A DNA stretch of 64,000 bases from an uncultured Planctomycetales bacterium. GTDB taxonomy: Bacteria > Omnitrophota > Gorgyraeia > Gygaellales > Profunditerraquicolaceae. The stretch covers positions 88,292 to 152,291 of the forward strand of contig CAZYCL010000004.1 in the NCBI GenBank assembly GCA_964645795.1, given 5' to 3'. The notes beneath the pieces were generated by a model, which was not told the origin of the DNA, did no database searches, and worked only from the letters and a program-made list of their open reading frames with translations. Each line of letters opens with the position of its first letter. The first letter of the stretch is position 1. Positions 56,619 to 64,000 of the stretch are shown one piece after another. The translations under genes and the position numbers were made by a program.

Positions 56619-57803
56619 ATGTTCTCATCGCTAAGGGTAAAGAATTACAGGATCTATTGGATAGGGATGTTTGTTTCGCTTATCGGCACCTGGATCCAGC
56701 AGATCGCCCAAAGCTGGCTGGTATTCGAGCTTACCGGCTCATCATTGCTTTTGGGCCTTAACGGCTTCCTTAGCACTATACCGATATTCATGCTGTCTTT
56801 AGCCGGAGGGGTATTGGCTGACCGGCTGCCCAAGAGGAAGATACTTCTTTATACCCAGACCGCGTTCATGCTCCTGGCGTTCATTCTGGCGGCCCTGACA
56901 TTTATGAAACTAATAAGGCCGGTCCATATAATGATCATCTCTTTTTTAAATGGGATAGTCATGGCTTTTGACGCGCCATCGCGGCAGGCGATGGTAGTGG
57001 AGCTGGCGGGAAGGGAGAACCTGCCTAACGCCATCGCCCTTAACTCCGTCGCATTTAACTCTTCCAGGATCATCGGCCCGGCCGTGGCGGGCGTGCTTAT
57101 AGCCCTGGTCGGCATGGCCGGCTGTTTTCTGATAAACGGCATAAGCTTTTTGGCGGTGATAACGGCGCTCGCCTTTATCCGCATAAGCTATCGCCCCGGA
57201 AAAAGAAGCAAAAATCCTTTAGAGGATTTGAAGGAAGGGTTGCTTTTTGTAAAAAGCCACCGCAGCATATGTTCGTTGATAATAATGGTCGGCCTGATAA
57301 GCCTTTTCGGCACCTCCTACGTCATTTTGATGCCGGTATTCGCGGATAACGTGCTCAAGACCGATATCGGCGGCATGGGAGGGCTAATGTCGGCGGCGGG
57401 GTTCGGCGCGCTGTGCGGGGCGCTCCTGTTGGCGCGGCTCGGGGATTTTGCGGGCAAGGGAAAGTTTTTATACTTCTCATGCGTAATATTCTCGGCGGCC
57501 CTGACCGTTTTAGCGCTTGCCAGGGTCTATTGGGCCTCGATGGCGGTCCTGGCGCTGATAGGCGCCAGTGCCGTGACAGCCGTTTCTTTGATCAACACGC
57601 TCCTGCAGACCACCGTAGCCGATAATTTCCGGGGCAGGGTGATGGGCGTATTCATGATCACCTTCGCCGGGCTTACCCCTTTCGGCAACCTCATCTCCGG
57701 CGCGCTGGCCCAGAGAGTAGGGGTGGCCGCGGCCCTCATGATTAGCGGCTCAGCGTGCCTGGTGTTTTTTATTTTTCTGGTCCGGGCGCCCAGGGACCTT
57801 TAG
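56619..57803 (+). CDS. MFS transporter
   Basis: 12-TM pattern with the MFS signature loop GGVLADRLPKRK. Start set at ATG 56619. Confidence 0.8.
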   Translation: MFSSLRVKNYRIYWIGMFVSLIGTWIQQIAQSWLVFELTGSSLLLGLNGFLSTIPIFMLSLAGGVLADRLPKRKILLYTQTAFMLLAFILAALTFMKLIRPVHIMIISFLNGIVMAFDAPSRQAMVVELAGRENLPNAIALNSVAFNSSRIIGPAVAGVLIALVGMAGCFLINGISFLAVITALAFIRISYRPGKRSKNPLEDLKEGLLFVKSHRSICSLIIMVGLISLFGTSYVILMPVFADNVLKTDIGGMGGLMSAAGFGALCGALLLARLGDFAGKGKFLYFSCVIFSAALTVLALARVYWASMAVLALIGASAVTAVSLINTLLQTTVADNFRGRVMGVFMITFAGLTPFGNLISGALAQRVGVAAALMISGSACLVFFIFLVRAPRDL

Positions 57804-57940
57804 ATTATTTTTATTTGAATTGTCTGCGGCATTTTGCTAAAATTAATCGACAGGAGGTGAAGGGGCAGGAACAGGTTTTTCTAGCGGGTTTAACGCGGGT
57901 GATATTGACACCGTCATCATAACGATAAAAGGAGAACAGG

Positions 57941-58402
57941 ATGAAAAAATGTGCGGTAGTGTTGGGCGTGCTGGTTTTGGCCATTGCGGTTACGGGTTGC
58001 TCTAAGAATGACGATATGATGGGGGAACCGCCTGAGAATATGACCATGGATGAGTTGGGGGTTATCGGCAGCGATCAGAAGGCCCCCGGAGCACAGGCTG
58101 CGGCTTCAGCGCAAGGGGATCCGGCATCCGCACAGGAGATGCCCGCGGTCGCCCAGCCCGTGATTCCTGATCCGCAAGCAATGCCGATATCAGCCGGCGT
58201 GGGTTCGCCGCAAGAGATACAGGCAGCGCTAAAGAACGCCGGTTTTTACAGCGGCAAGATTGACGGTAAGATCGGGCCGATGACGAAGCAGGCGATTATC
58301 GAGTTCCAGAAAGCCAATAAGCTGAAAGCCGACGGAAAAGTGGGGCCCAGGACCTGGGAAGTTTTAAGCAGGCATCTGGGCGAGTCCGCTTCTTCGCGAT
58401 AG
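57941..58402 (+). CDS. lipoprotein with C-terminal peptidoglycan-binding (PG_binding_1) domain
   Basis: Lipobox LAIAVTGC and a C-terminal AALKNAGFYSGKIDGKIGPMTKQAIIEFQKANKLKADGKVGPRTWEVL repeat typical of PG-binding domain 1. Confidence 0.8.
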   Translation: MKKCAVVLGVLVLAIAVTGCSKNDDMMGEPPENMTMDELGVIGSDQKAPGAQAAASAQGDPASAQEMPAVAQPVIPDPQAMPISAGVGSPQEIQAALKNAGFYSGKIDGKIGPMTKQAIIEFQKANKLKADGKVGPRTWEVLSRHLGESASSR

Positions 58403-58448
58403 CGGCTTTACTTGAAAATATATAAATAATATAGTATAATTGTCTTAG

Positions 58449-58632
58449 CCGATAAAGGTAAACCTCTGCTTTAACAAGCAGACACGCCGCAAGCCCTGCG
58501 GCGCGCATTGAAAAATGGGGGCACAAAGCTACAGACCTAAGCCCGCCAGCTCCAGGGCGGGTATGGTGGCTGGGTTGCCGAGATAAAAGGAAGGGCAGAA
58601 GCTTATTCTGCTTGCCTTTATCGGCTTTTTAT
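58449..58632 (+). ncRNA. candidate ~185-nt structured small RNA (6S-RNA-like closed architecture; identity unconfirmed)
   Basis: ORF-free 360-bp gap. A 5' AGCCGATAAAGG pairs perfectly with a 3' CCTTTATCGGCT that is followed by TTTTT. Internal hairpins TCTGCTT-taac-AAGCAGA, CCCGCC-agctccag-GGCGGG and GCAGAA-gctta-TTCTGC. Confidence 0.35.
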
Positions 58633-58762
58633 CATATCCCAACAGACCCGGGTTGCCGGGATTGCCGCCAGAAATCCGGCGCCAATATTTTGTTGGGATT
58701 TTTTATTTTTCCTCCCACAAATTGTCTGTTCATTTAATTTCCTAAATGTTATAATAACGGTA

Positions 58763-59983
58763 ATGACAAGATTCCCGAACGGTTTTCTATGGGGGGCGGC
58801 GACAAGCGCCCATCAGGTCGAAGGCAATAATACCAATAGTGACTGGTGGGAATGGGAGCAGCGCGGGCTCCTGAAATATCCTTCCGGAGTATCCTGCCGC
58901 CAATATGAATTGTTCCGCCAGGATTTTGATTTGGCCGGCTCTCTTGGCCACAACGCTCACCGTTTTTCCGTGGAGTGGGCCCGCATCGAGCCCGCCGAAG
59001 GCCGTTACTCGGATATAGAGATCGATCATTACCGGCAGGTTGTTTCGGCATTAAGAGAGCGTGATTTAGAGCCGATCGTGACCCTGCATCATTTTACCAA
59101 TCCTGCATGGTTTCTTAAAAAAGGCGGCTGGGCTAACGCAGCCAGCGCAGACATCTTTCTGGGCTATGCCCGCAGGGTGATCGAGGCCCTGGCAGGGCAG
59201 GTTCGTTTCTGGGTTACCATAAACGAGCCGACGATTTATACATATTTTTCCTACCTGGAAGGAACCTGGCCTCCTCAGGTAAGATCCGTTTATAAGGCCT
59301 GGAAGGTCATGCGCAACATGCGGCGTGCCCATATCAAGGTTTACCGGTTCCTGCACAGCTATTATAAGGATAAAGGACTGGCGCCTCCCCTTGCAGGCGC
59401 GGCCAATAATATGCAGTTTTACCAGCCGTCACCCGATACGGCCCGGAACAGGTTCTGCGCTTATTTAAGGGACCGCCTGTTCAATCTCGGATTCACGAAA
59501 AAGCTCTTCAGGGCAGGCGCCCTTGACTATATCGGCCTTAATTACTACAGCAGGTGCCTGGTTGACGCAAGACGCTGGTCTTTAAAAAGCATGCTTACGG
59601 ATAACGGTTTTGACGGATCGGGCACCGTGAAAAAGAACTCTCTGGGTTGGGACATCTATCCGCAAGGCCTATACCGGGTGCTCATGGGGCTCAAACGCTT
59701 CGCAGTCCCGGTGCTGATACTTGAAAACGGCATCTGTACTCACGACGACGAGTTGCGCTGGGAGTTTATCCGGGAGCATCTGCAGCAGGCAGCCAGGGCC
59801 ATGCAGGAGGGAGTAAGGCTATTGGGTTATATTTACTGGTCATTGACGGACAACTTCGAATGGGACAAAGGCTTTGAGCCGCGTTTCGGGCTTATTGAGG
59901 TTGATTACGATACTTCAAAACGCACCGTCCGCGCCAGCTCCCGGAGTTTTTGCCGGGTCTGCCGGACTAATGAGCTGATATGA
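58763..59983 (+). CDS. glycoside hydrolase family 1 beta-glucosidase
   Basis: N-terminal FLWGAATSAHQVEGN, acid/base NEP (VTINEP) and nucleophile ENG (LILENGI) motifs. Confidence 0.9.
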   Translation: MTRFPNGFLWGAATSAHQVEGNNTNSDWWEWEQRGLLKYPSGVSCRQYELFRQDFDLAGSLGHNAHRFSVEWARIEPAEGRYSDIEIDHYRQVVSALRERDLEPIVTLHHFTNPAWFLKKGGWANAASADIFLGYARRVIEALAGQVRFWVTINEPTIYTYFSYLEGTWPPQVRSVYKAWKVMRNMRRAHIKVYRFLHSYYKDKGLAPPLAGAANNMQFYQPSPDTARNRFCAYLRDRLFNLGFTKKLFRAGALDYIGLNYYSRCLVDARRWSLKSMLTDNGFDGSGTVKKNSLGWDIYPQGLYRVLMGLKRFAVPVLILENGICTHDDELRWEFIREHLQQAARAMQEGVRLLGYIYWSLTDNFEWDKGFEPRFGLIEVDYDTSKRTVRASSRSFCRVCRTNELI

Positions 59984-61977
59984 TACCGCTGGATAAAGAC
60001 GCCATCCTCCAGGAAATACCCCTCTTTTCATCGCTTGCCGAATCCGAACGCGAGCTGGTCAAGGAGAGGATGCGGTTCGTCGAACATAAAAAAGGGGAGA
60101 TGGTCTATCGCGAGAACGACCCTCCTGATGCTTTTTATTGCCTGGTGCAGGGAAGGGTCGAGATCTACACTCAGGACGAAAACGGCAACAAGACTGTCCT
60201 CGAATACCTGCATCACGGCAAGTACTTCGGGATCATATCGCTGTTGACCAATGAACCCCACTCCGTCTCCGCGCAGGCGTTGAACGACTGCCTTACCCTT
60301 CTGATAAAGAAAGACGATTTTAACGTTCTGCTTAAAAGCATCCCGTCTCTTTCCATAGACCTCAGCCGCACTCTCTCCCGCCGCCTGAAAAGAAAAGACG
60401 TGCATCAGAAGAGGGTATTCGAGAGCACCATAATCTCCGTATTCAGCTCGTACTCTCAGGCCGGAAAGACCGTTTATGCGCTGAACCTCGCCATAAGCCT
60501 GAGCAATGAGACCCGTAAATCGGTGGTCATTCTTGATGTCGCTCCCCGCGACAAGGTCCATAGCCTGCCCCGCAGGCTCAAGGTCGAAGAGTACAGGGTG
60601 ATGGATCTTTCGGACAATGCCGCGGACAACGCCGCCGTGGTCAGGGATTACATCTGCCGCGACCGGTTCGGCATAGATATGGCTTGTTTTTCTTACGAAC
60701 CTCAGGATGACTCCTGCGTAAGCAGGCTGGTCGCTATCTTAAGCCTTCTGGTCAATGACTACCATTACCTTATCCTTGACCTGCCGTCGCTTTTGGACCG
60801 TCCGGTATACAGCATGCTCAACCAATCCGACCTCATCCATACCCTTACCAGCCCGGAACCGGTAGATTTAAGCCGCACCCATCAGCTGATCGAAAGGCTG
60901 AAAACCGAGTTCGGGTTCCATGAAGACAAGATAAAGATCATCATCAACGAGTATAAGTATTCCAAGCTTTCGCATGAAGAGCAGATGGAGCTTCTGGATT
61001 GCCAGGTATTCGCCACCCTTCCCAAGATCGACTTCGAAGCCCCGGATATCCTTATACTTGACGATCCGGCTTGCGAATACTCCAAGGTCATCAAGCGCAT
61101 AGCGCGCAGGATAGGGGATTGTCTTGTGGGGCTGGTGCTGGGAGTGGGGCTGGGTTACGGTTTCTGCCATATCGGGGTGCTCAAGGTCATAGAGGAGGAA
61201 AAGATCCCCATAGATGTCATCGCCGGCTCCAGCATCGGAGCGCTTATCGCCAGCCTCTGGGTCATCGGCAAGTCCAGCTCCGAGATACTCGAGATTACCA
61301 GCGAATTCAAAGAGCCCAAGCATATCTGGAATCTCATTGACCTTACTTTCCCGCGCCTTGGTTTTATCAAGGGCAACAAGCTTCACAGGTTCCTTAAGAA
61401 GCACCTGGGCAATAAGAGTTTTCATGACATAAAGCTGCCGCTTAAGATCATCGCCAGCGACTTAAAGAGGAAGGAGCCGAGGATCCTGGACAAGGGGTCG
61501 TTGGTCGATGCGATAATGGCCAGCTGCGCCATGCCGGGAGTATTTATGCCGATGAGGCAAAAAGAGGAGTTTCTCTTCGACGGAGGAGTGATCAATCCGT
61601 TGCCTACCGAGCCGTTATTCAGGATGGGCGTAAAAAAGATCATTGCCGTCAATGTCACCCCTTCACGCGAGGACATAATGCGTCAATATGAAAGGCTCAG
61701 GCAGCAGATGGGGGTAACCGAGAACGAGCGTCCGGGATGGAAGCAGCGCATAAAAAATATTTTCAAAAATAATATTGTGGATATAATATTCAGCAGCTTC
61801 GAGGTCCTTCAGTCCGAGGTGGCCGAAAAGGAGGGGCTGCTGGCCGATGTTGTGCTGCATCCGGATACCCACGGGCTTTATTGGCTGGAGCTGCATAAGG
61901 CAGCGGAGTTCTCCAGAAGGGGGGAAGACGAGGCGCGCAGGCAGATCGATAAGATAAAGCAGTTGGTAGAAGAGTGA
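59980..61977 (+). CDS. cyclic-nucleotide-binding domain / P-loop (MinD/CpaE-like) domain / patatin-like phospholipase fusion protein
   Basis: N-terminal cNMP-binding fold (FYCLVQGRVEIY...GKYFGIISLLTNEPHSVSAQAL). Central deviant P-loop (SSYSQAGKTVYALNLAISL). C-terminal patatin with oxyanion hole GVGLGYGF, GxSxG nucleophile AGSSIGA and catalytic DGG (FDGGVINPLP). Confidence 0.75.
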   Translation: MIPLDKDAILQEIPLFSSLAESERELVKERMRFVEHKKGEMVYRENDPPDAFYCLVQGRVEIYTQDENGNKTVLEYLHHGKYFGIISLLTNEPHSVSAQALNDCLTLLIKKDDFNVLLKSIPSLSIDLSRTLSRRLKRKDVHQKRVFESTIISVFSSYSQAGKTVYALNLAISLSNETRKSVVILDVAPRDKVHSLPRRLKVEEYRVMDLSDNAADNAAVVRDYICRDRFGIDMACFSYEPQDDSCVSRLVAILSLLVNDYHYLILDLPSLLDRPVYSMLNQSDLIHTLTSPEPVDLSRTHQLIERLKTEFGFHEDKIKIIINEYKYSKLSHEEQMELLDCQVFATLPKIDFEAPDILILDDPACEYSKVIKRIARRIGDCLVGLVLGVGLGYGFCHIGVLKVIEEEKIPIDVIAGSSIGALIASLWVIGKSSSEILEITSEFKEPKHIWNLIDLTFPRLGFIKGNKLHRFLKKHLGNKSFHDIKLPLKIIASDLKRKEPRILDKGSLVDAIMASCAMPGVFMPMRQKEEFLFDGGVINPLPTEPLFRMGVKKIIAVNVTPSREDIMRQYERLRQQMGVTENERPGWKQRIKNIFKNNIVDIIFSSFEVLQSEVAEKEGLLADVVLHPDTHGLYWLELHKAAEFSRRGEDEARRQIDKIKQLVEE

Positions 61978-61995
61978 TCCATAAGGAGGAATAAG

Positions 61996-62484
61996 ATGGG
62001 GGCGTGCGGAAAAAGGGGATCGGTTGGCATGTGGCTTCGGCCCGTTGCTCTATTGTTTGCATTCATGATGGGCTTGACAGGTTGCGCTTCAGTCTGCGAG
62101 GTGGGCCGCGGCATTGCCGGTACTTCCACCAAGATACTGGAGGAGGGCAGGGCAAATGCCTTAAAACAGGATTTCAATTGCCAATACCCTATTTGTTACG
62201 ACCTGGTAAAGGGCTGCCTGAAGAAGGCCGGCGCTTATATCTATCGCGAAGACAGGGCCGCAGGCATGATAGCGTTTTATGTCTCTGAAACGGATACTAC
62301 GCCGGTAGGCATTTTCTTCCGGGACGGATCGGGCGTTACGTCCGTGGAGGTATCCAGCCCCAGTACTTTCGCCAAAGAGATGATCATGGAAAAGATAAGC
62401 GCGGACCTCAAGGACATGGCGGTCAAGAATGAAAAAATGGCTCCGGCGCAGGAAAGCGAGGCAATGGCCGATGAAACAAAATAA
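61996..62484 (+). CDS. lipoprotein, function unknown
   Basis: Signal peptide with lipobox LTGCASV, 162 aa. Confidence 0.55.
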   Translation: MGACGKRGSVGMWLRPVALLFAFMMGLTGCASVCEVGRGIAGTSTKILEEGRANALKQDFNCQYPICYDLVKGCLKKAGAYIYREDRAAGMIAFYVSETDTTPVGIFFRDGSGVTSVEVSSPSTFAKEMIMEKISADLKDMAVKNEKMAPAQESEAMADETK

Positions 62485-62779
62485 AAAAGATATCAAGTCG
62501 CTTATCGCGGACTGTCATGCGATAGCCAGGGATAAAGGGTGGTGGGAGGCGGATCGTAACGACGGAGAGCTCATCGCCCTTATGCACTCCGAGCTTTCCG
62601 AGGCCCTCGAGGCGATGCGCAATCACGCAAACCTTGAGCTTATAGCCGAAGAGCTGGCCGATTGCTGCATACGTATCTTCGATTACTGCGGGGCGCGCGG
62701 CATCGATCTTGAAGCGGCGCTGGCCAAGAAGATAGAGTACAACAAGGGCCGTCCCTACAGGCATGGCAAGAAATTTTAA
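62471..62779 (+). CDS. MazG-like nucleotide pyrophosphohydrolase domain protein
   Basis: LIALMHSELSEALEA...EELADCCIRIFD EExx(E/D) metal-binding helix pair. ~100 aa. ATG 62471 overlaps the upstream gene end. Confidence 0.65.
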   Translation: MKQNKKDIKSLIADCHAIARDKGWWEADRNDGELIALMHSELSEALEAMRNHANLELIAEELADCCIRIFDYCGARGIDLEAALAKKIEYNKGRPYRHGKKF

Positions 62780-62789
62780 GGTTTTTTGC

Positions 62790-62969
62790 CAAACGTTTGA
62801 CAAAAAGCAAATAAATTGATTATCCGGTTTAATAAATATGGTTACAGCGATTTCAAAACTGATTACGGTGATTAAAACAAATTGCGCAAGTTCAAAAGTA
62901 CTGATATTTAATCACTGAAATCATTCTTTAAATGACTGTAATCAAAACTTTCCCTGTGGATTTATCCTG
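62790..62969. promoter_or_regulatory. AT-rich intergenic regulatory island with repeated TGATTA/TAATCA motifs and a 9-bp inverted repeat
   Basis: ~30% GC against a ~55% GC background. TTGACA at 62797. GTGATTAAA...(30 nt)...TTTAATCAC is a perfect inverted repeat. At least five GATTA/TAATC hexamers. Confidence 0.4.
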
Positions 62970-63656
62970 ATGCGTAAAATAAAACCCATTGTAGGCCCGG
63001 GCAAGCCTCATTTTAGAACTTTAACCGCCGCTCAGGCCAGGTCGATCGACCTCCTGGCCCGGGATAAGTTGAAGATGCCGGTGGTCGCGCTTATGGAGAA
63101 CGCCGGAAGAGGGGTCTGCGAAGAGGCGCTGGGCATGCTGGGGGGTGAAAAAAGCGTTGCCGTATTCTGCGGCCGGGGCAATAACGGAGGAGACGGATTT
63201 GTCGCCGCCCGGCACTTGCTGGCTGCAGGGGTAAAGCCCCGGGTCTTTTTCTGCGGACCGCTGGCAGGCCTGAGCCCTGAAGCCGGCATCAACCTGGTGA
63301 TACTGCTTAAGCTTAAACAGAAGATCATCCGCATCAGGGCCGCAAACACTTCTTCGATCAGGAGCAAGATAGCAGGTTGCGCTCTGGTGATCGATGCGCT
63401 TTTGGGGGTAGGCCTTAACAAGGAAGTTGCGGGGGTTTACCGGCAGGCGATAGAACTGATAAACCGTTCCTGCAGGCCGGTCTTGTCGGTGGACCTGCCT
63501 TCGGGCTTGGATGCGACAACAGGATGCGTACTCGGGGCGGCGGTAAAGGCTGAGAGGACCGTCACCTTTGTGGCCCCTAAGCGCGGGATGTTTTTAAGAG
63601 ACGGATTGAAAATTTGTGGTAAAATAGTAGTCAAAGGCCTGGGGTTGCCTTTATAG
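62970..63656 (+). CDS. nnr: NAD(P)H-hydrate epimerase (YjeF N-terminal domain, Nnr)
   Basis: FCGRGNNGGDGFVAARHL motif typical of YjeF-N, 228 aa. Confidence 0.85.
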   Translation: MRKIKPIVGPGKPHFRTLTAAQARSIDLLARDKLKMPVVALMENAGRGVCEEALGMLGGEKSVAVFCGRGNNGGDGFVAARHLLAAGVKPRVFFCGPLAGLSPEAGINLVILLKLKQKIIRIRAANTSSIRSKIAGCALVIDALLGVGLNKEVAGVYRQAIELINRSCRPVLSVDLPSGLDATTGCVLGAAVKAERTVTFVAPKRGMFLRDGLKICGKIVVKGLGLPL

Positions 63657-63691
63657 TATATTTTCGAGGACAAATCAAATAAGGAGGGGTT

Positions 63692-63925
63692 ATGCCGTAT
63701 GACAGCAGCCTGGACACGCAGATTTTTGCCAAGACCTATGATTATGACGCGGGCAAGATTATAGTCTCTGTTTATTCCTACAATAACGGCCCCAAAAAAC
63801 TGCAGATCACCCGCGAAGTCAAGGACAGAGAGGGCAAGTTCACCTTTACCAAGCTGGGAAGGCTGGCCAAGGATGAGATCGAGAACATCCTGCCTTTGAT
63901 AAAAGAAGCGATGCAGGCAATGTAG
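63692..63925 (+). CDS. hypothetical small protein (77 aa)
   Basis: ORF with SD AAGGAGGGG 5 nt upstream of the ATG. No recognisable motif. Confidence 0.4.
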   Translation: MPYDSSLDTQIFAKTYDYDAGKIIVSVYSYNNGPKKLQITREVKDREGKFTFTKLGRLAKDEIENILPLIKEAMQAM

Positions 63926-63928
63926 TAA

Positions 63929-64000
63929 ATGCTTGAGCATCTCCGGGCGCACCTGACCGGGAAAGTCGTCATCTTGGGCATTGGCAATACCTTGCGCGGC
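63929..64000 (+). CDS. 5' start of a CDS, possibly a hydrogenase maturation protease (HycI/HyaD-like); 3' end lies outside the window
   Basis: MLEHLRAHLTGKVVILGIGNTLRG resembles the (V/I)LG(I/V)GN N-terminus of hydrogenase maturation endopeptidases. Only 24 codons are visible. Confidence 0.3.
   Translation, partial: MLEHLRAHLTGKVVILGIGNTLRG

Noticed and set aside
1-64000. Search for CRISPR arrays, tRNA/rRNA genes, transposases, integrases and phage structural genes
   Set aside because: No regularly spaced direct repeats, no tRNA-like T-arm/acceptor motifs, and no DDE/tyrosine-recombinase-like translations were recognised anywhere in the window. The only paralog pairs are the two hybrid kinases and the two TonB receptors.

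Overview
64 kb of a fairly GC-rich (~55%) bacterial chromosome with almost all genes on the + strand. Gene content suggests an uncultivated anaerobe, but no taxon is asserted. Every feature call rests on by-eye motif recognition in the supplied translations, with no database search. In order, the window contains: (i) thiamine genes (thiE 3' fragment, Thi4-type thiazole synthase), a HAD hydrolase, a class-III aminotransferase and a Cu P-type ATPase. (ii) A sulfur and Fe-S island: Rrf2 regulator, CysK, Nfu, a COG1900/DUF39 homocysteine-biosynthesis protein with its NIL-ferredoxin partner, a PP-loop (LarE-like) ATPase and the cysteine desulfurase IscS, then BirA. (iii) Two paralogous small TonB-dependent receptors, a fused PabB-PabC, MnmA, NadA, RluA, a CPBP membrane protease, UppP, a PfkB kinase and YqeY. 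(iv) A candidate RiPP-like cluster: a family-5 substrate-binding protein, an unannotated 31-aa Cys-Cys peptide ORF with a strong Shine-Dalgarno sequence, a radical-SAM/SPASM maturase and a fused ABC exporter, followed by a dense two-component and chemotaxis-like signalling cluster (several hybrid histidine kinases, Hpt, receivers, an orphan CheA-like kinase). (v) A 12-kb Mbh/Mrp-type membrane-bound group-4 [NiFe] hydrogenase operon preceded by an AsrA/AsrB-like (HydB/HydG-like) flavo-Fe-S module and interrupted by a PhoU-like gene. (vi) An MFS transporter, a peptidoglycan-binding lipoprotein, a ~185-nt candidate structured ncRNA, a GH1 beta-glucosidase, a cNMP-binding-P-loop-patatin fusion protein, a MazG-like protein, a YjeF-N epimerase and the 5' start of a possible hydrogenase maturation protease. 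No rRNA, tRNA, CRISPR, transposase or integrase was recognised. Several consensus sigma70 promoters, a perfect 32-bp palindrome over a promoter, and a ~115-nt multi-tier palindromic element are visible directly in the sequence.
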